NCBI GenBank assembly: GCA_963693365.1
Contig: CAVNZM010000001.1
Span: 16,053,840-16,117,839 of the forward strand
Direction of reading: 5' to 3'
DNA length: 64,000 bases
From: Amoebidium appalachense
Lineage: Eukaryota > Protista > Ichthyosporea
Below the pieces are notes generated by a model. The model did not search any database and was not told the DNA's origin. It saw only the letters and a list, made by a program, of their open reading frames with translations. Below are positions 10,834 to 27,312 of the stretch, one piece after another (the first letter of the stretch is position 1; every line of letters begins with the position of its first letter). The position numbers and the translations under genes were made by a program.

Positions 10834-11853
10834 CTAAACAGGCAAGTCGGGGTGGTCATGTCTTCTCCCCAGTGCCGAATGCAGCACACCTGCCATTGCT
10901 ACCAAAAGAAGTAACAAAAGGACACAGCTGATTGGATAGACGTGCCAGTACAGGGACACCACGTGCCTCAAGTACTGAACCTGCGTCTTGAGCTTCAGCT
11001 TGCTGGTCCCGGCCGCCTGCACACGTCACAAAAAGGTTAGTATAATTGTTCCGCAGTCGGAAAATTTGGATATAAAACCCCACTGTTTAAAATTTCAAGG
11101 ACCAAAGAGGTGCAACGATCTACATAAGAGCAGATGTAGAACCTCCTTTTCTGAGATGCAGGTACCCCCCCCCCCCCCCCCCCCACAAAAAAAAAAAAAA
11201 AAAAAAAAAGTGCTTGTAACAAGCTGAGGTGGGGAACGCGGTGGGACGGGCTGGGACCCGAAAACCGGGCAAGGGAAAATAAGAATTTCAGACCTCCAAG
11301 GGACCAGGGGAAGGTAAGAATTTCAGGCCTCCAAGGGATAAATATACATAAGAATTTCAGGCCTCCAAGGGAAAATAAGAATTTCAGGCCTCTAAGGGAA
11401 ACCAAGAAGTTCGGGCCTCCAACAGAATCCTGCTATATATGAACCCCTCACATTTAACACAAATTTCATATGCTCAATGATGTTGATCGGAGACAACAAA
11501 TAGGAATTGATGTGGCGACATAATTAATGGTTGTGAGGACACAGGTATAGACGATGGACAAGGGCAGAGTATGTAGACTTCATAGACATGCCAACTTGAT
11601 TGCACCACCCTTTTTAAGATTCTGTTTATATAACCAGCAACCTTCTATGTATATAACCCAGGGTGCACTCCATGTACACGACGACGGAGCACTCCGTTCA
11701 TATAACTAGGGAGCATTATACAAGTATATAGCCGGGGTCCATTCTGTATATTGATAGGGGAGTTTTTCACCATACAACAAGGGGAAGCACACTACATATG
11801 TAGCCACGGGGAGCAGCTCGTGTGTTGGGGTTTTTTTTTACTGCGTCTGTGCA

Positions 11854-11922
<69 letters not shown>

Positions 11923-12120
11923 AGTGTGTGTACAGGCACTCACCCTGTCCACAAACACGTACGGCACCTCGACCATGTATGTGGGGGGACTCTTGACCAT
12001 CAGCTCGAGGGCAATTTTAAAACCCAATGGGTTAAGGCTATGCGCTGTGGGCAGTAACAAGTCAGTGTCTCGGTGTGACACACACACACACGAGCACACA
12101 CACACCCACACCCACACCCA

Positions 12121-12204
<84 letters not shown>

Positions 12205-12846
12205 TACGCGCGCGCACGCGCGCGCACACACACACACACATGCACAAACACACACACACGAACATACACACAACACCGAAGACAAGTACACACCCTTCCC
12301 TCCCTTTCCCACCCCTTTCTCTCTGCCTTCCACCCTCCCTCTTTCTCTTGCTCCCTCTCTCTCGTCCCCCTTCCCCTCCCATTCCCCACCCCACCCCCAC
12401 CCCTTCACTCTCTCTTTCTCTCTCCTTCCTCTCCACAACTCTCCGTCACCCCCAAACAATCTACACACTTCTCTACTGCCCACGCACCTTACCAATCACT
12501 AAAAACAAGAAATAAAAAGACTCCCCCCTCCCCTCCCCCCGGTCCTTCATCTCCCCTTTTGGCTCTAAGATGCAATAACCCTCCCCCTCCACACCGGAAA
12601 AAAAAAACCAAAACAAAAACAAAAAAAGAAAGAGACAAGAAACAAACAAACAAACAAAAATCGCCTACATCCCCGTCGGTGCCCTCAACAAAACCACACA
12701 CACACACATCCACACACAACGGCCCCTCCCACACACACCGAGACGCGCGCACACCCACCCACCCACCCACCCACCCACGCACACCGCCATTCCCCCCCCC
12801 CCCCCCCCCCCCCTCTCCCTCCACACCCATCCCCACCAACCCCCCC

Positions 12847-12929
<83 letters not shown>

Positions 12930-13950
12930 ACCCACCCTCCCTATAGAGGTTCTTCGTGACGGCAAAGAACCCACTCATGGGATCGTGGGCATCGGTCAGG
13001 GGCCAAGCAAGAAGTGACGCCCCCCAGCTGATGATCTTGCGGCTCATTGGCCAATCTTTGGTCTGGGCGGCCAATCAGATTCACGTATGGCAACGAATGA
13101 ATTCAACGGAATTATCAAGGTGCAGAGTTATTGTTACTCTCCTTCATTTGCCCCTTCCCTCCCCCTTCCCTCCCCCCCCCTCCCCCCCTCCCGCCCGCCA
13201 CCCCGCCCGCCCGCCCGCCCTCCCGCCCGCCCGCCCGCCTGTCCGCCCGCCCGCCTGCCCCCTTCCCCGCCCCCTCCTTTCTTTACTCTTTCCGTTTTCT
13301 CTTCCCTCCCCTCCCCACCACCTTTCCTTGCTTTTCCCGTTTCCTTTCCCCCTCTTTTCTTCTCCCCCCCCCCCCTCCCCCTCTCCCCTCTTTGTCTTTT
13401 TGTGAGAGGGGGAGGGGGGGAGAGGGGCAGACGGGGGGGGGGGGGGGGGAGGGGGAGAGGGCCAGACCAGGGGGGGGGAGGGGGGGGGGGGGGGGGGATG
13501 AATGTGTTAGAGGGTTGGGAATATGGAGCAGACGCCAGAGGACAACAACAAAACGTCAAAAAAGTGAGAAACCCGAAATAGAACAATGTAAGTGTGCAGG
13601 CAGAAGACACTTGAAGGGGGGAGGAGAGGAATCAGCCTGCATGTGCCTCTCAGTGAATTATTGCTTCCACACATCTTTTTTCCCACCAGCATGCAAGCAC
13701 ACACCTACCCAACATCCCAAACACACACACACACTCACAGACACATACAAGCACCCCTAGGCGATATCTTGTATCCACTGAACACTTACCCCCCCTCCGG
13801 CCACATGTCTTGATCCGAGGGCAAAGTCTGCCGTCCCCTCAAAGATGGGTTGAAGGAGGGCAGGGATGGCCTCTGGGGGGTGCGATAGGTCGGCATCCAT
13901 AACCTGTTGCAAGGGTGTGTGTGTACATGTGTGTACGTGTGTGTGTGTGC

Positions 13951-14026
<76 letters not shown>

Positions 14027-14239
14027 GTCGGGAGTGGGGAGGGGGAGAGGGGTTAGATTGTGTTATAGCGTACGAACTACACATTCATAACGGACAACAT
14101 AATGCAGAGTGCAAACCACACAGAGAATAAGCAAAATAAACAGACCCACGGACGGGAAGAGGGGGTGGGGGTGGGGGTGGGGGGAAGGGGAGCACTCAGC
14201 GCCACGTGTGGCAGGGGTGAGTTTGAGCGTGGAGACAGA

Positions 14240-14285
<46 letters not shown>

Positions 14286-15346
14286 GGGGAGGGGGGGAAG
14301 GGGGTGGGATGATGGTTGTCAGTATTCGCAACATAAAAAGAAAGAGTAAACTACAAGGCACATCACGAAGCTGCTGGTCCAGTATACCAAAAAGCCTGTT
14401 ACATTCTTTTTTTTTTTTTTCTTTTCTTTTTTTTTTTTTGGGGGGGGGGGGGAGGGGGGGGGGAAGGGGGGAAGGGAGGAAGGAGTCGGGGAGTCACACC
14501 GGCTATCTTATGGGGGGGTCCGAATTCGGTCAGCCGGTCGGGTCATATATGGAATAAAAAATGATACGAGAGCCCTTTGACGACAAGAAAAATAAGGCAT
14601 AAACATCTTTATGAAATGAAAAGACACTGCTAGAAACTAAATATATTTTCCTCATTATTATTTTTTCCCTCTAAAGTGCATGATTGCACTAGAGCGGTTG
14701 CAAATTCCTTTCATTTTTGTGGCTCATACAGCGTGATACTAAAAAAACTGTGTTGAGGAATTCAGTTAGACCTTGGGGCTCATTCGACAATTATGGAGTA
14801 AATGTTTTTGTGTTATTTTAAAAATTCTAGATTGCTCTCGTAGCTGGTTCACCTGTTTTAAAGCCATTGTTTTACCCCTATTTGACCGGTAACTGCAAAC
14901 GCCGGCTCATATAATGGAGATCTAAGTTCAGGGAAATTCTGAATCGGATTATCGCAATCGGTTTGTGGCGTTTGCACTCGCCGCATCATTACAGCAGCTC
15001 ATTTACCTTATTTATATAACAATTTTAATACCGTTATGCCGTGGTCTGTCGCTAAGCTGAAGTGTTAAAAAAAAATGATACATGCATGTACAAATAACAC
15101 ACCTACAAGACAGTACGCGGCCCTTGTTTGTCGAACCCGGGAAATGCATTCCCAAGTTCATTTGCCTAACGGCCAGAGCGGTTAGAGGATGGCATGATCT
15201 TCTCTATGCATGCCGATTTTATCAGATTTATAGCTTGAAATATGATTGGATGTGTAATTGCCGGGTGATTTGGGGACCGGATTGTCGCCGCCCCAAAAAA
15301 TAGCCGGTGTGGTATGGTTCGGTTCAGAAGGGAACGAGTCCGGCGG

Positions 15347-15379
<33 letters not shown>

Positions 15380-15791
15380 AGGGGGGGGGGGGGGGGTTGA
15401 ATGCGGAACACGGTACGAAGTACACATACACGATGAGAAGCATGGTGCAGGACACATGCAAAGGCAAATATTCAAGTATGCAACATCAGCAATGCGCACA
15501 GTATGCGTCACAGGCAGAGCCCATCCTCAGGGAGGGCCCAAGGGGGGAGGGGAGGCGGGGAGGGGAGGGGGGGGGGGGGGGGGGGGGACAGGGGGGGGTA
15601 GGAGGGAGGGGGAAGGGTTAGATGGGGAACCAACTCATACCATCATGACGTCATACTTTGCCTGACTGAACCCAGCAAGAACGGCAGAGCTGAGCCCCTT
15701 GGCCTTCTTGCGCACCATGATCCTGTGTGTGTGTGTGTGTGTGTTTGTGTGTGTGTGTGCGCGTGCGCCCGCGTGTGTATGTGTGTGTGCA

Positions 15792-15874
<83 letters not shown>

Positions 15875-16063
15875 GTGCGTGTGTGCACATGTGTGACCGT
15901 GGGGGGCTTTGGGGGGGGGGGGGGGGGGGGGGGGGGGTCGGGGGAGGAAGTGGGGAGGGGGGAGGAGGGGAGAGAGGGGGGAAGGGATTGAGATTAGCCT
16001 TGCAATGGAACAGATGGAAAGGAACAGTACTGTTTAAGACATTCTCGCATGCACACATACAAG

Positions 16064-16151
<88 letters not shown>

Positions 16152-16502
16152 GCAATCATATGCCCACACACCTGTGACAAGCACACACACACACACACCA
16201 CATGCACGTACACGAGTGCTCATTCCTCTCCTATCCTGCCCTCCTCCCCTCCTCCCCTACAACCTTCCACTAGTCCTCTGCAACATCCCTCCCCCCTCTC
16301 CCCCCTCAGCTCCCCTCCCCCCCCTTCTCCTCCCCTCCCTTCATCCCCCCCCCCCCCCCCCACATCCACACATCCAGCCCCCATGCTTGCACGTACGTAA
16401 CGTCATAGTTCTTCTGCATGCCCTGCACCGTCTCCACAGATCCGTCGTTGGAGTTGTCGTCCACAATCACCAACTCAGCCGTGATCCCGGCACCCCGGGT
16501 AG

Positions 16503-16577
<75 letters not shown>

Positions 16578-16674
16578 TGTGTGCGTGTGGGGGGGGGAGG
16601 TATGAGAGAGAGAGAGAGTGTGTGTGTGTGTGTGTGTACCTGTGTGTGCGTGCGCATGTGTGTGTGTGTGTGCA

Positions 16675-16747
<73 letters not shown>

Positions 16748-16763
16748 CTGTGTGTGTGTGCGC

Positions 16764-16856
<93 letters not shown>

Positions 16857-17193
16857 GTGTATGTGGGTGTGGGTATGGGTGTAAGTGTGGGTGTGGGTGT
16901 TGTGTCAGACTGGAGCATGCACAAACACGCGCATGTGTGTGTGCGTGTGTGACCGGGGGGGGGGGGGGGGGGGGGGAGGGTTAGAATGTGTTACAGAGTA
17001 CGAATACACATTCATTGACAACATCATGCAGATTGCAGGGCACACAAGGGGGAGGAAAGGGGGAAGGCACGTGCACTGAATACGTGCAAGTCATGAATTC
17101 ATCCATCTCAACCGATTCTACCCCCTTGTCCCCTCCCCCCCCTCCCCTCCCTCCCTATTCCCCCTCCCCCCCTCCCTCTCTATCCCCCCCCCT

Positions 17194-17237
<44 letters not shown>

Positions 17238-17714
17238 GAAAAAAAAAGAAAACGACAAAAAAAAACTCACTGATGTTTGCCCTCTCCCAACCGTGCCGTG
17301 ATGAGTTCTCCTTATGCGATCCCATCCCCACCCCCCACCCCCACCCAGCCCCCCATCCCCCGGGGTGCCCCTCCCCACCTTCCACCTCCCCCCATTCTTC
17401 CGTTCCAGAACACTTGGACAAAGATATCCTCCCTTCACTCGGCCACCGATTCCCCCTCTCCCTCCCCCCCCTCTTCCCCTCTTCCCCTCCCCCCCGTCCG
17501 CCTTCCCTTTCCCCCGCCGCGAAGAAATTCACGTACACATATGAACAAGTCCCAAGTCCCCTTCCCCCTCCCTCACACCCCCCTTATCTTAGCCCCAGTC
17601 TCCAGCTTTCACCTCTTGCAGACAATGGTAGCACGGGTCTGTGTGTGTGGGGGTAGAACCTCCCTCCCTCCCCCCCCTTCCCAAAAATAAAATGCACCCA
17701 CCCACCCACCCACC

Positions 17715-17767
<53 letters not shown>

Positions 17768-18182
17768 GCACGGACACACACACCCACACCCACACACACC
17801 CATCCACCCACCCTTTCCCCTCCTCCCCCCACCCACCCACCCACCCAGCACCCGCCCGCTCATCCCCCCCACCCGCCCACACATCCCGCCCCCCCACACC
17901 CACCCACCCACCCATCTGCACACAGTCAAAATCGCGAACAAAAAGAGCAAAAAAAAGGAGGAACACACCTTCAAACACCCTCGTTACGAGGTTTGGAATG
18001 TTTTCATTCTCCTTGTACGTGGGCACTATGATAGACACCTGTTTGGGCAGGGGCTGCAACTGTGCTGCACTACCCGCAGTGAAAATGTCGGAAATTCGAT
18101 GGAAGAGGAGGAGGATGAGAACTGCAGAACCAAGAATGGCACCCTGTGTGTGTGTAAGAGCCGATGAGAACCACGGATCCAT
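10834..18182 (-). CDS. DPM1: Dolichol-phosphate mannosyltransferase (GT2), yeast-type with C-terminal TM helix; 7 coding exons, 5' end uncertain
   Basis: Exons 18182-17969, 16502-16397, 15722-15641, 13903-13790, 13062-12936, 12044-11944, 11016-10834 splice in frame with GT-AG. Motifs SIIVPTYKE, IVDDNSNDG, GLSSAV, VMDADLSHPPE, GSR, DPMSGFFA, GFKIALEL, EVPYVFVDR..GTSKL. Confidence 0.92.
11281..11422. repeat. Intronic minisatellite, five copies of a ~23-bp core with 4-12 bp variable linkers
   Basis: Core aagaatttcaggcctccaaggga repeated with point changes. Confidence 0.85.
14495..15311. mobile_element. Non-autonomous TIR element (MITE), CACAC termini, 2-bp TSD GT; in a DPM1 intron
   Basis: cacaccggctat...atagccggtgtg flanked by gt/gt; close copy at 36294-37122. 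Confidence 0.9.
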
Positions 18183-18399
18183 GGTGGGAACGATTTCATT
18201 GGGTGAATATCAGAGAAGGCTGATATGACAGTAAGAAAGGGTCGGGGGGGGGGGGGGGGAGGGGGGAGGGGCGAGGGGAGGGAGGGGAAGGGGAGGAGAA
18301 CACTTGGTTGTATGGCTTGAGGGGGGGCACAGAGAGGGAGGGTAGGGGGCGCAGGTGGGGGGAAAGTGAGGAAGGGGGTGATGGGGGTGGGGGAATGTG

Positions 18400-20600
18400 A
18401 GGGGGTGGTGGTGGTGGTGGGGGAGAGGGGAGGGAGTGACGCAAAGAAATCAGACAAGGGCGACGGGGCTTTTGACTGTATGGTTGGGTACGTTAATCAT
18501 CGTAACACCAGTAAAAAGGAGCTCCGGGCATTAGTGGACAAGAAAGCCCCCCCCTCTCCCCTCCCCCCGCCCCCTCCTCCCCCCCGCTTGCTCCCGGAGG
18601 GCCACCGCAGGTGGGAAACGGGAGAGGGGGCGGGGAGAGGGGGAAGGCGAAGGGAGGAAAGGCGGTTGTTGTTGTTGGGGTGGTAGTTGGGGGTTAGGGG
18701 GGGGAGGGGGGGGGAAGGAAGAGTACAAAGTATAGTGTATGTGTGTGTGTGTGTGTGCTGTAATGCGAGGGAGGGAGGCGGGGGAGGGGGGTGAGGGGGA
18801 AAGGGGAGGGGGGGAAAGGTGGGGAGGGGGGGGGGGGGAGGGGGACACAACATACCAATTTGACAAGTAGGCGGAGCAGAGACTCAGTCCGCAGCTTCCT
18901 GTATTCGAGCTAGGAGCAAGGTCAGCACCTTACAGTGTTGTAGGCAAACAGATGATAGTGATTGTGTCTGGTGTCTACAGGCTACATATGTGCCGCCATT
19001 TGTCTATGGTTGTGTTTGTGCAGATGTGTGTGCATCCAAGTGCAAGAACGCGCCTGTGTGTTGCATGTGTGCATGCCTGGGTGTGTGTGCGAGCGTGCGT
19101 GCGTGCATGTGTGGTTGTGTGTGTGTGGGTGTTTGTGTGCGTTCGCACAAGTGTGTGCATCCGGCTGTGTGTGCGTGCGTGCCGGTGCGCATCGAAAAGC
19201 ATCAAGTGTGTCCAGGCGTACATGTGATAGTGTCTGCGCCTGTGTGGGTTTGCATCTGAGCTCAACCAATGCATGCCCTTGCCTGTTTAGGTGATGCGTG
19301 TGCGTGTGCCATGAACGTGTATATAAGACCTCATCATTTCGGTTTGTGGTATGGGTTGGGGAGAGAAATAAGCTGTGACAGTCTGGGCAATCAAACCAAT
19401 GTGTGAGGAAATATGCAAGTATGTATACGTGGACTGTGTGTGGAGTCATGGTGTAGGCGCGTGCCCAGGTATTTTTTGGACCTCCGTGTCGCCTGTGTGC
19501 CTAAATTGAGCGTATAAGGCCCTGAAATTGTGTAGATGTGCTCCCGTGTGTGTGTGTGTGTGCGCCCGTAAGTGTATAATGTGCGTGTGTGTCCCCGACT
19601 CAGGCAGCAGGTGCTGTGCATATCTGGAGTTGTAGGTGGGGTGAGGTGGGATTGATGGGATATATGGGCTAGGCGTGTAAGTGGTGGTGGTGGTGTGCAT
19701 GCATGTCTGTCTGTCTGTGTGTGTGTGTGTTTGGGGTGGGGTGGTGGGGGGGAGGGGGGGGGGGGGGGAGGGGGAGGGGGGAGGGGGGGGGAAGGGGTAG
19801 GCTCCATGTATGCCATACATCGCGTAAGAATGCCTCAAGCTCTAGAATTCGTGATCACGAATGAGTTGAAGAGGAGAGATGAGCTGCACGAAAAAGGGAC
19901 AGGCAGAGCCGATAGATAGGCTTGATGGCAAGATGGTGGTGGTGGTGGTGGTGGTGGTGGTGGTGGTGGGGGAGGGGGGGGGGGGGGGGGGAACTTGTGT
20001 GTGGGGGGGGTTTTCTCGAGTGGGAGGAGGGAGGGAGGTAAGGGGACGGGGGGGGAGGGGAGGGGGAGGGTGGGGAGAGGAGGGGGGGGGGGGGAGGGGG
20101 GGGAGGGGAGGATTACCTGTACGCGCTTCCGTGTGCGGCGCTTTAAGCTGTCCAGATCGACTGCGTCTGAAGACATCCGCCTGTCCCTGTCGTTGGGCGT
20201 CTGGTGGATGTTGTCAAAGAGCTTCATGTTGGCTACCTCATACTAGAATAATTGAGGAGAGAGGTTAGAGATGTGTGTTATGTCAGAATGTGCTTGGGTC
20301 GAGTGATCATACGGGTGATGTTCTAATCTCGGTGAAGTAATGATTTGGTCTAGGTGGCTGTCACCAATTCCTACTAGGAAAAATACTGTCGTAATATGTA
20401 TGTTTTGTAGACGAAACGAATATGTGTAGGCTTAATGAAGATGGTATCATCGAATATTCTGGTACCCCCAACACCACGTGTTTTTCGCCGGTGGCTTCAA
20501 AAAAAGTGCGCAGAGGGCGGCGAACTTTGCCTTCGGATTGAAAGCACTGGCAACCTTTTGGAAGGATTCCATTGGTTGCTGGGATTGGTTGCTGGGGACT
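18400..20600 (-). other. Possible multi-exon gene, or additional 5' exons of DPM1; not resolved
   Basis: Exon-like unique islands between repeats, e.g. ag|YEVANMKLFDNIHQ...TRKRVQ|gtaat (~20242-20117) and LEYRKLRTESLLRLLVKL|gtatgt (~18909-18856). I could not build a complete frame. Confidence 0.3.
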
Positions 20601-21653
20601 GAGCCACTGGTTGTTGGTTCGTGGTGTGTCATGTGTAGATATTGCCGCCACCGCGCGACTGCCGCGGCATGGCATGTCACGGTGTCACCGTATTTTTGCT
20701 GTTGTGATTATTATACGAGATTTACCGGGAACAAAGAGGGACAAAGAATGAAATGACTTGGCGCGCAGGGAAATATCTGTTTCAGTTTTTGTGTGTGTCT
20801 TATGAAAGCCCCTTAAAGCAGATCTTGATCTGAACGAACAGCACCTGACTTATCACTTTGAATCTAAGATCTGCGGCAGAACCATGCCGATTTCACAACC
20901 TTTCGAAAGCGATATGATTGGCTTTCTTATTTATCCAATCACCGTATTTCTGTTTAAATCTTGCCTTGCCCAATCATCAGGTGCGTCCCCACGACAGACA
21001 CCAAAACAAACCAAGTTGTGTGTAGATCAGCCGCGTGAATTCAGGCATATTTCATGCGATGAGGAAAAGACATATATAAAACACCCCTATTGTTCTTGCG
21101 GAAGTATTGTAAATAGCACAAGCTGCTGATAATTAGTGCGTGGCAGCGACAGGTCCCGAGGATCTATTCCCACTGTGTGCACATGATGTGCGGGCCAGAC
21201 GGGCTGGTGCTATCTATGCTTGCGCACACAAAACGTTGACACACATGATTATACGGTTTCATAACACCCTAAATCAGCAAGCGCGAAACAACTTTTTATG
21301 CTTTCCTTGAACATAAGCTTTCTTTCCTCAAGGTTATGTTTCTGCAATTACAAGAAGGTAGCCTACGAGAAAAGCACAAAAACAGCGACAGGCACACTTA
21401 AGTGTGGGACACGAGTGACCTAATATTGAAGCATATACATTTCGGGTGAAAGCACTGCCAGCTGGAAAGGCCCTAACTTGAATATAGGCGACCGTACCAG
21501 GGAAATCCCGTTGACGCTACATGCTGGCTTTAGAATAGCATAAACGTCCTATATGCTTAGCACCTTACAAGCGCCAATAGTAGTAGTACTTACCACCAGG
21601 CTATATAGTTTTGTGCCTAAACAAAGCCACACACAACCTAAAACAAACGTATT

Positions 21654-22388
21654 ATGGCGCGCATCCTGGTCACCGTGCCCACACTTCTCCTTGCAGTCGT
21701 GGCTGCAGCTTCCTCTATTCAGATCAACACAGAGGGCGATGTCACGGTGCAAACAGTGACCATGTCACATGGCGCAATCAGCGAGTCCCCCTTCTCCCCC
21801 TCGCGTGCATACAACCTCTTCTTCCCACCCCCCCTTCAGCACCTAAACACAAACAGCCACACACCGGGGTTAATGCTCGACCACACACAACAACGGCATG
21901 GAGACCACGCCGATGAATCAAACAGCGAAGATGAGATGGACGATGTAAAAAGGCCAACAATCCGTCAGGTGTATAAAGCATCCGCAGAGAAGTTTACCAT
22001 TGTGCACGTGCGTAGACACCTCTCACGTGACACCATGGCACTGATTGTGCTGGGGTTGGGCCTGGGGTGGTGGGCGTTTATTAGCCTGGTGCGGAGCCTT
22101 GTGGTGGCCATGTTGAAATGTTGCGTGGGGGATTATATGAAGCCCGGTGCACTTGCTGAGTGTGAGCGGGAGGACGATGATATAATTTTGGACATTATTG
22201 TTTCTGATGACGAGAAGGACCCGGACGCAATCTCTCTCATGTTCTCTCTCTCGTCTGGGAGCGACAAAACTAAACACGAGGTGAAACGCGAATGTAACGT
22301 GTGTAGGTGTCAGGAGAAGGGGCGAGTGTGCGCTTCCCCTCCGCCTTATGAAATGAAAGCAGGGAAGGTGCGTGTGCATCATGTTTAA
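21654..22388 (+). CDS. Intronless 244-aa single-pass membrane protein of unknown function
   Basis: Signal peptide MARILVTVPTLLLAVVAAAS, TM MALIVLGLGLGWWAFISLV, acidic patch, C-terminal Cys cluster and PPPY. Confidence 0.7.
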   Translation: MARILVTVPTLLLAVVAAASSIQINTEGDVTVQTVTMSHGAISESPFSPSRAYNLFFPPPLQHLNTNSHTPGLMLDHTQQRHGDHADESNSEDEMDDVKRPTIRQVYKASAEKFTIVHVRRHLSRDTMALIVLGLGLGWWAFISLVRSLVVAMLKCCVGDYMKPGALAECEREDDDIILDIIVSDDEKDPDAISLMFSLSSGSDKTKHEVKRECNVCRCQEKGRVCASPPPYEMKAGKVRVHHV

Positions 22389-22946
22389 ATCATGACATAG
22401 AGTTTTAAAATTGTTTGCAGATACTTTTGTAGACGGCGTTGTGGGTGAATGTGCAGTGCCTATTAAATGTAGAACCTGCCGACCCAGCTTATTGTTAATT
22501 GACTGCTGGGTGTATGTTTTGTGCTTTCTTGCGTTAAAGTTGAGCGTGATGACTGACTTGAGATGTCAAGGATATCAAGCTACATAATCATAACGGTGCA
22601 AGAACATGATTCATGTGTTCATCTAATGTTGGTTAGCCTGGAGTTCCTAAATTTTGCCCACACATTAACATCATCTTATATCACATCCACGTTTCGCGCG
22701 GATCTTGTAGAGGAAAGGAAGCGGGGTGGAAGGGGGGGATATCCGGGGACACTACCTAATCACAGTCTGCATTGGCACAATGGTGTATTACTAAGCTTAC
22801 TGGCCATGCCAGTGGCGGCGTTTGAATGCTATGTATAATATGAAATGACAAAACAACGAAGGGTGGCTCAGGATGGTGTTGCTCGGAACTATGAAGTTCT
22901 CAGTATGAATTAAACATAGCATTCTCCACTCTATGCCCCTCCCTCT

Positions 22947-22988
<42 letters not shown>

Positions 22989-23107
22989 TGTGTGTGCGGG
23001 TGTGGGTGTGCATGTGCGTGCGCGCATTGTGTGTGTGTGTGCCACAGTGTGCGTGCGTGTGTTCGTTTGTGCATGCGTGTGCCTGTGTGTTTGTTTGCTT
23101 GTTTGTT

Positions 23108-23189
<82 letters not shown>

Positions 23190-23220
23190 TGTGTGCATGT
23201 GTGTGTGCACGCGCGCGCGT

Positions 23221-25694
<2,474 letters not shown>

Positions 25695-25763
25695 GCCCAT
25701 GATGGTGGGTGGCCCGGTGCCCGGATGGTGCCTCTAAGTTATACTATTGTAGAAGTTGAATGG

Positions 25764-25812
<49 letters not shown>

Positions 25813-25940
25813 ACACACACACACATCCCGCATCTAATAGTTCTTTCTATGTAGCGGTACCATACGGTGTGCATGGGTCTGCGGGTCTAAGTATAGTACG
25901 GTCCCTATCATGACTGATAACAGTAAGGGGGTTTACGCTG

Positions 25941-26001
25941 TTTACTCGAGGCAAAGAGAAACCAGTCTCAGGTATGGGGGGGTTTTTGCTCGGAATATCC
26001 C
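25941..26001 (+). repeat. ~60-bp dispersed repeat, second copy at 62757-62816
   Basis: tttactcgaggcaaagaga.accagtctcaggtatggggggg..ttgctcggaatatccc at both sites. Confidence 0.85.
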
Positions 26002-26189
26002 GCCGGCCTCAGCGGTATATCATGATCACGTACATAGATGTCTGGTGATGACTATATATCAGGGTTTACTTTCTCTACGAGACACCATAAAGACTACAAA
26101 GCGAAATCAATTAGTTGGTGTTCCCCGTTTTTTTTTTTTCTTCTTCTTTTTTTTTCTTTAAGGGGCTCCCCTGGGACACTCGGTATCAG

Positions 26190-26294
<105 letters not shown>

Positions 26295-26767
26295 CGCTAG
26301 AATTTTGTAGTGATGTGTTTCTCAAGCCAATCAATACATCTAATAAACAGGTCGTAGTTGCGCGTGTTTAGTATAAAATGAAGGATGTTGTAGTTTACAG
26401 GTAGGCTATCTTTCTGGGTGTCTGTTGTGAATGTGACGTGTGTGTGTTGCGGTATTATGTGGTCTATCAAACTACATTTGGCGATACATGACCGGTTAAA
26501 CTGGTGTGTGTGTGTGTTGTTTGGGCATGCAAATGATGCCACCTTATACTTATTAGATCTCCACTGTATAGCACGTGTACAGTAAAAGCGTGGTAATTGA
26601 TCAATAATACCATCATAACAGTAAGGCGCCAGAATCTTTTTGCAGGGAGTCACTTCACTCTTTACACAAGATCAAGATGCATAGCAACACGAGGTACGTG
26701 ACTATTTATAATTGGTTCGGAACGCACCCATTAGAATCTCCCAAACACAGCTTTGAAACAGAAACAG

Positions 26768-27312
26768 TGGTTCGATTCGTGTGAAAAGCCAGATTGCCAG
26801 ATTGCCAGAATGCCAGAATTTTGATGGCATTCCAGAAAGGCTAGATTTCGGTCCGGTTCTTGTAGAGCTAAAATCTAGCTTTTTGGGTCAAGAAGGCACT
26901 TGCCATTTTGCGCGGTAATAGAGTACCTTGGCTTATCTTAATGAACAATAATAGTTTTGAAATATTATTTAAATAATTTTTATTTTGTTAAATGGGCATT
27001 TATTACCAAGTTTTATGCATTTTTGAAAAGCTATACTAATAAGGCAAAACGCCTAGGATTGGATACGAACTTTATATGGTGCTGGCCCGGCCAATCGTAA
27101 GGCGCAGGGTCAATCTGGCAATCTGGAAAGGGGGGGGGGGGGGGGGGGGTCGCCAGATTCTGGAATCTGGAAGAGGGGTCAAATTGAATCTGGCCTTAAA
27201 ATATTGTTTATATTTTACGTTCCGATTCGATTGATCGACGAATAACCATTTTTGGCGAGGCGGCTTTTAATCTGGCAATCTGGCAATCTGGCTTTTCACA
27301 CGAATCGAACCA
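26768..27312. mobile_element. MITE-like element with 42-bp perfect TIRs and reiterated gccaga(t/a)t motifs
   Basis: 26768-26809 is the reverse complement of 27271-27312; AT-rich noncoding interior; no clear TSD. Confidence 0.85.

Noticed and set aside
11281-11422. CRISPR-like repeat-spacer appearance
   Set aside because: Linkers are only 4-12 bp, context is a eukaryotic intron, and there are no cas genes.
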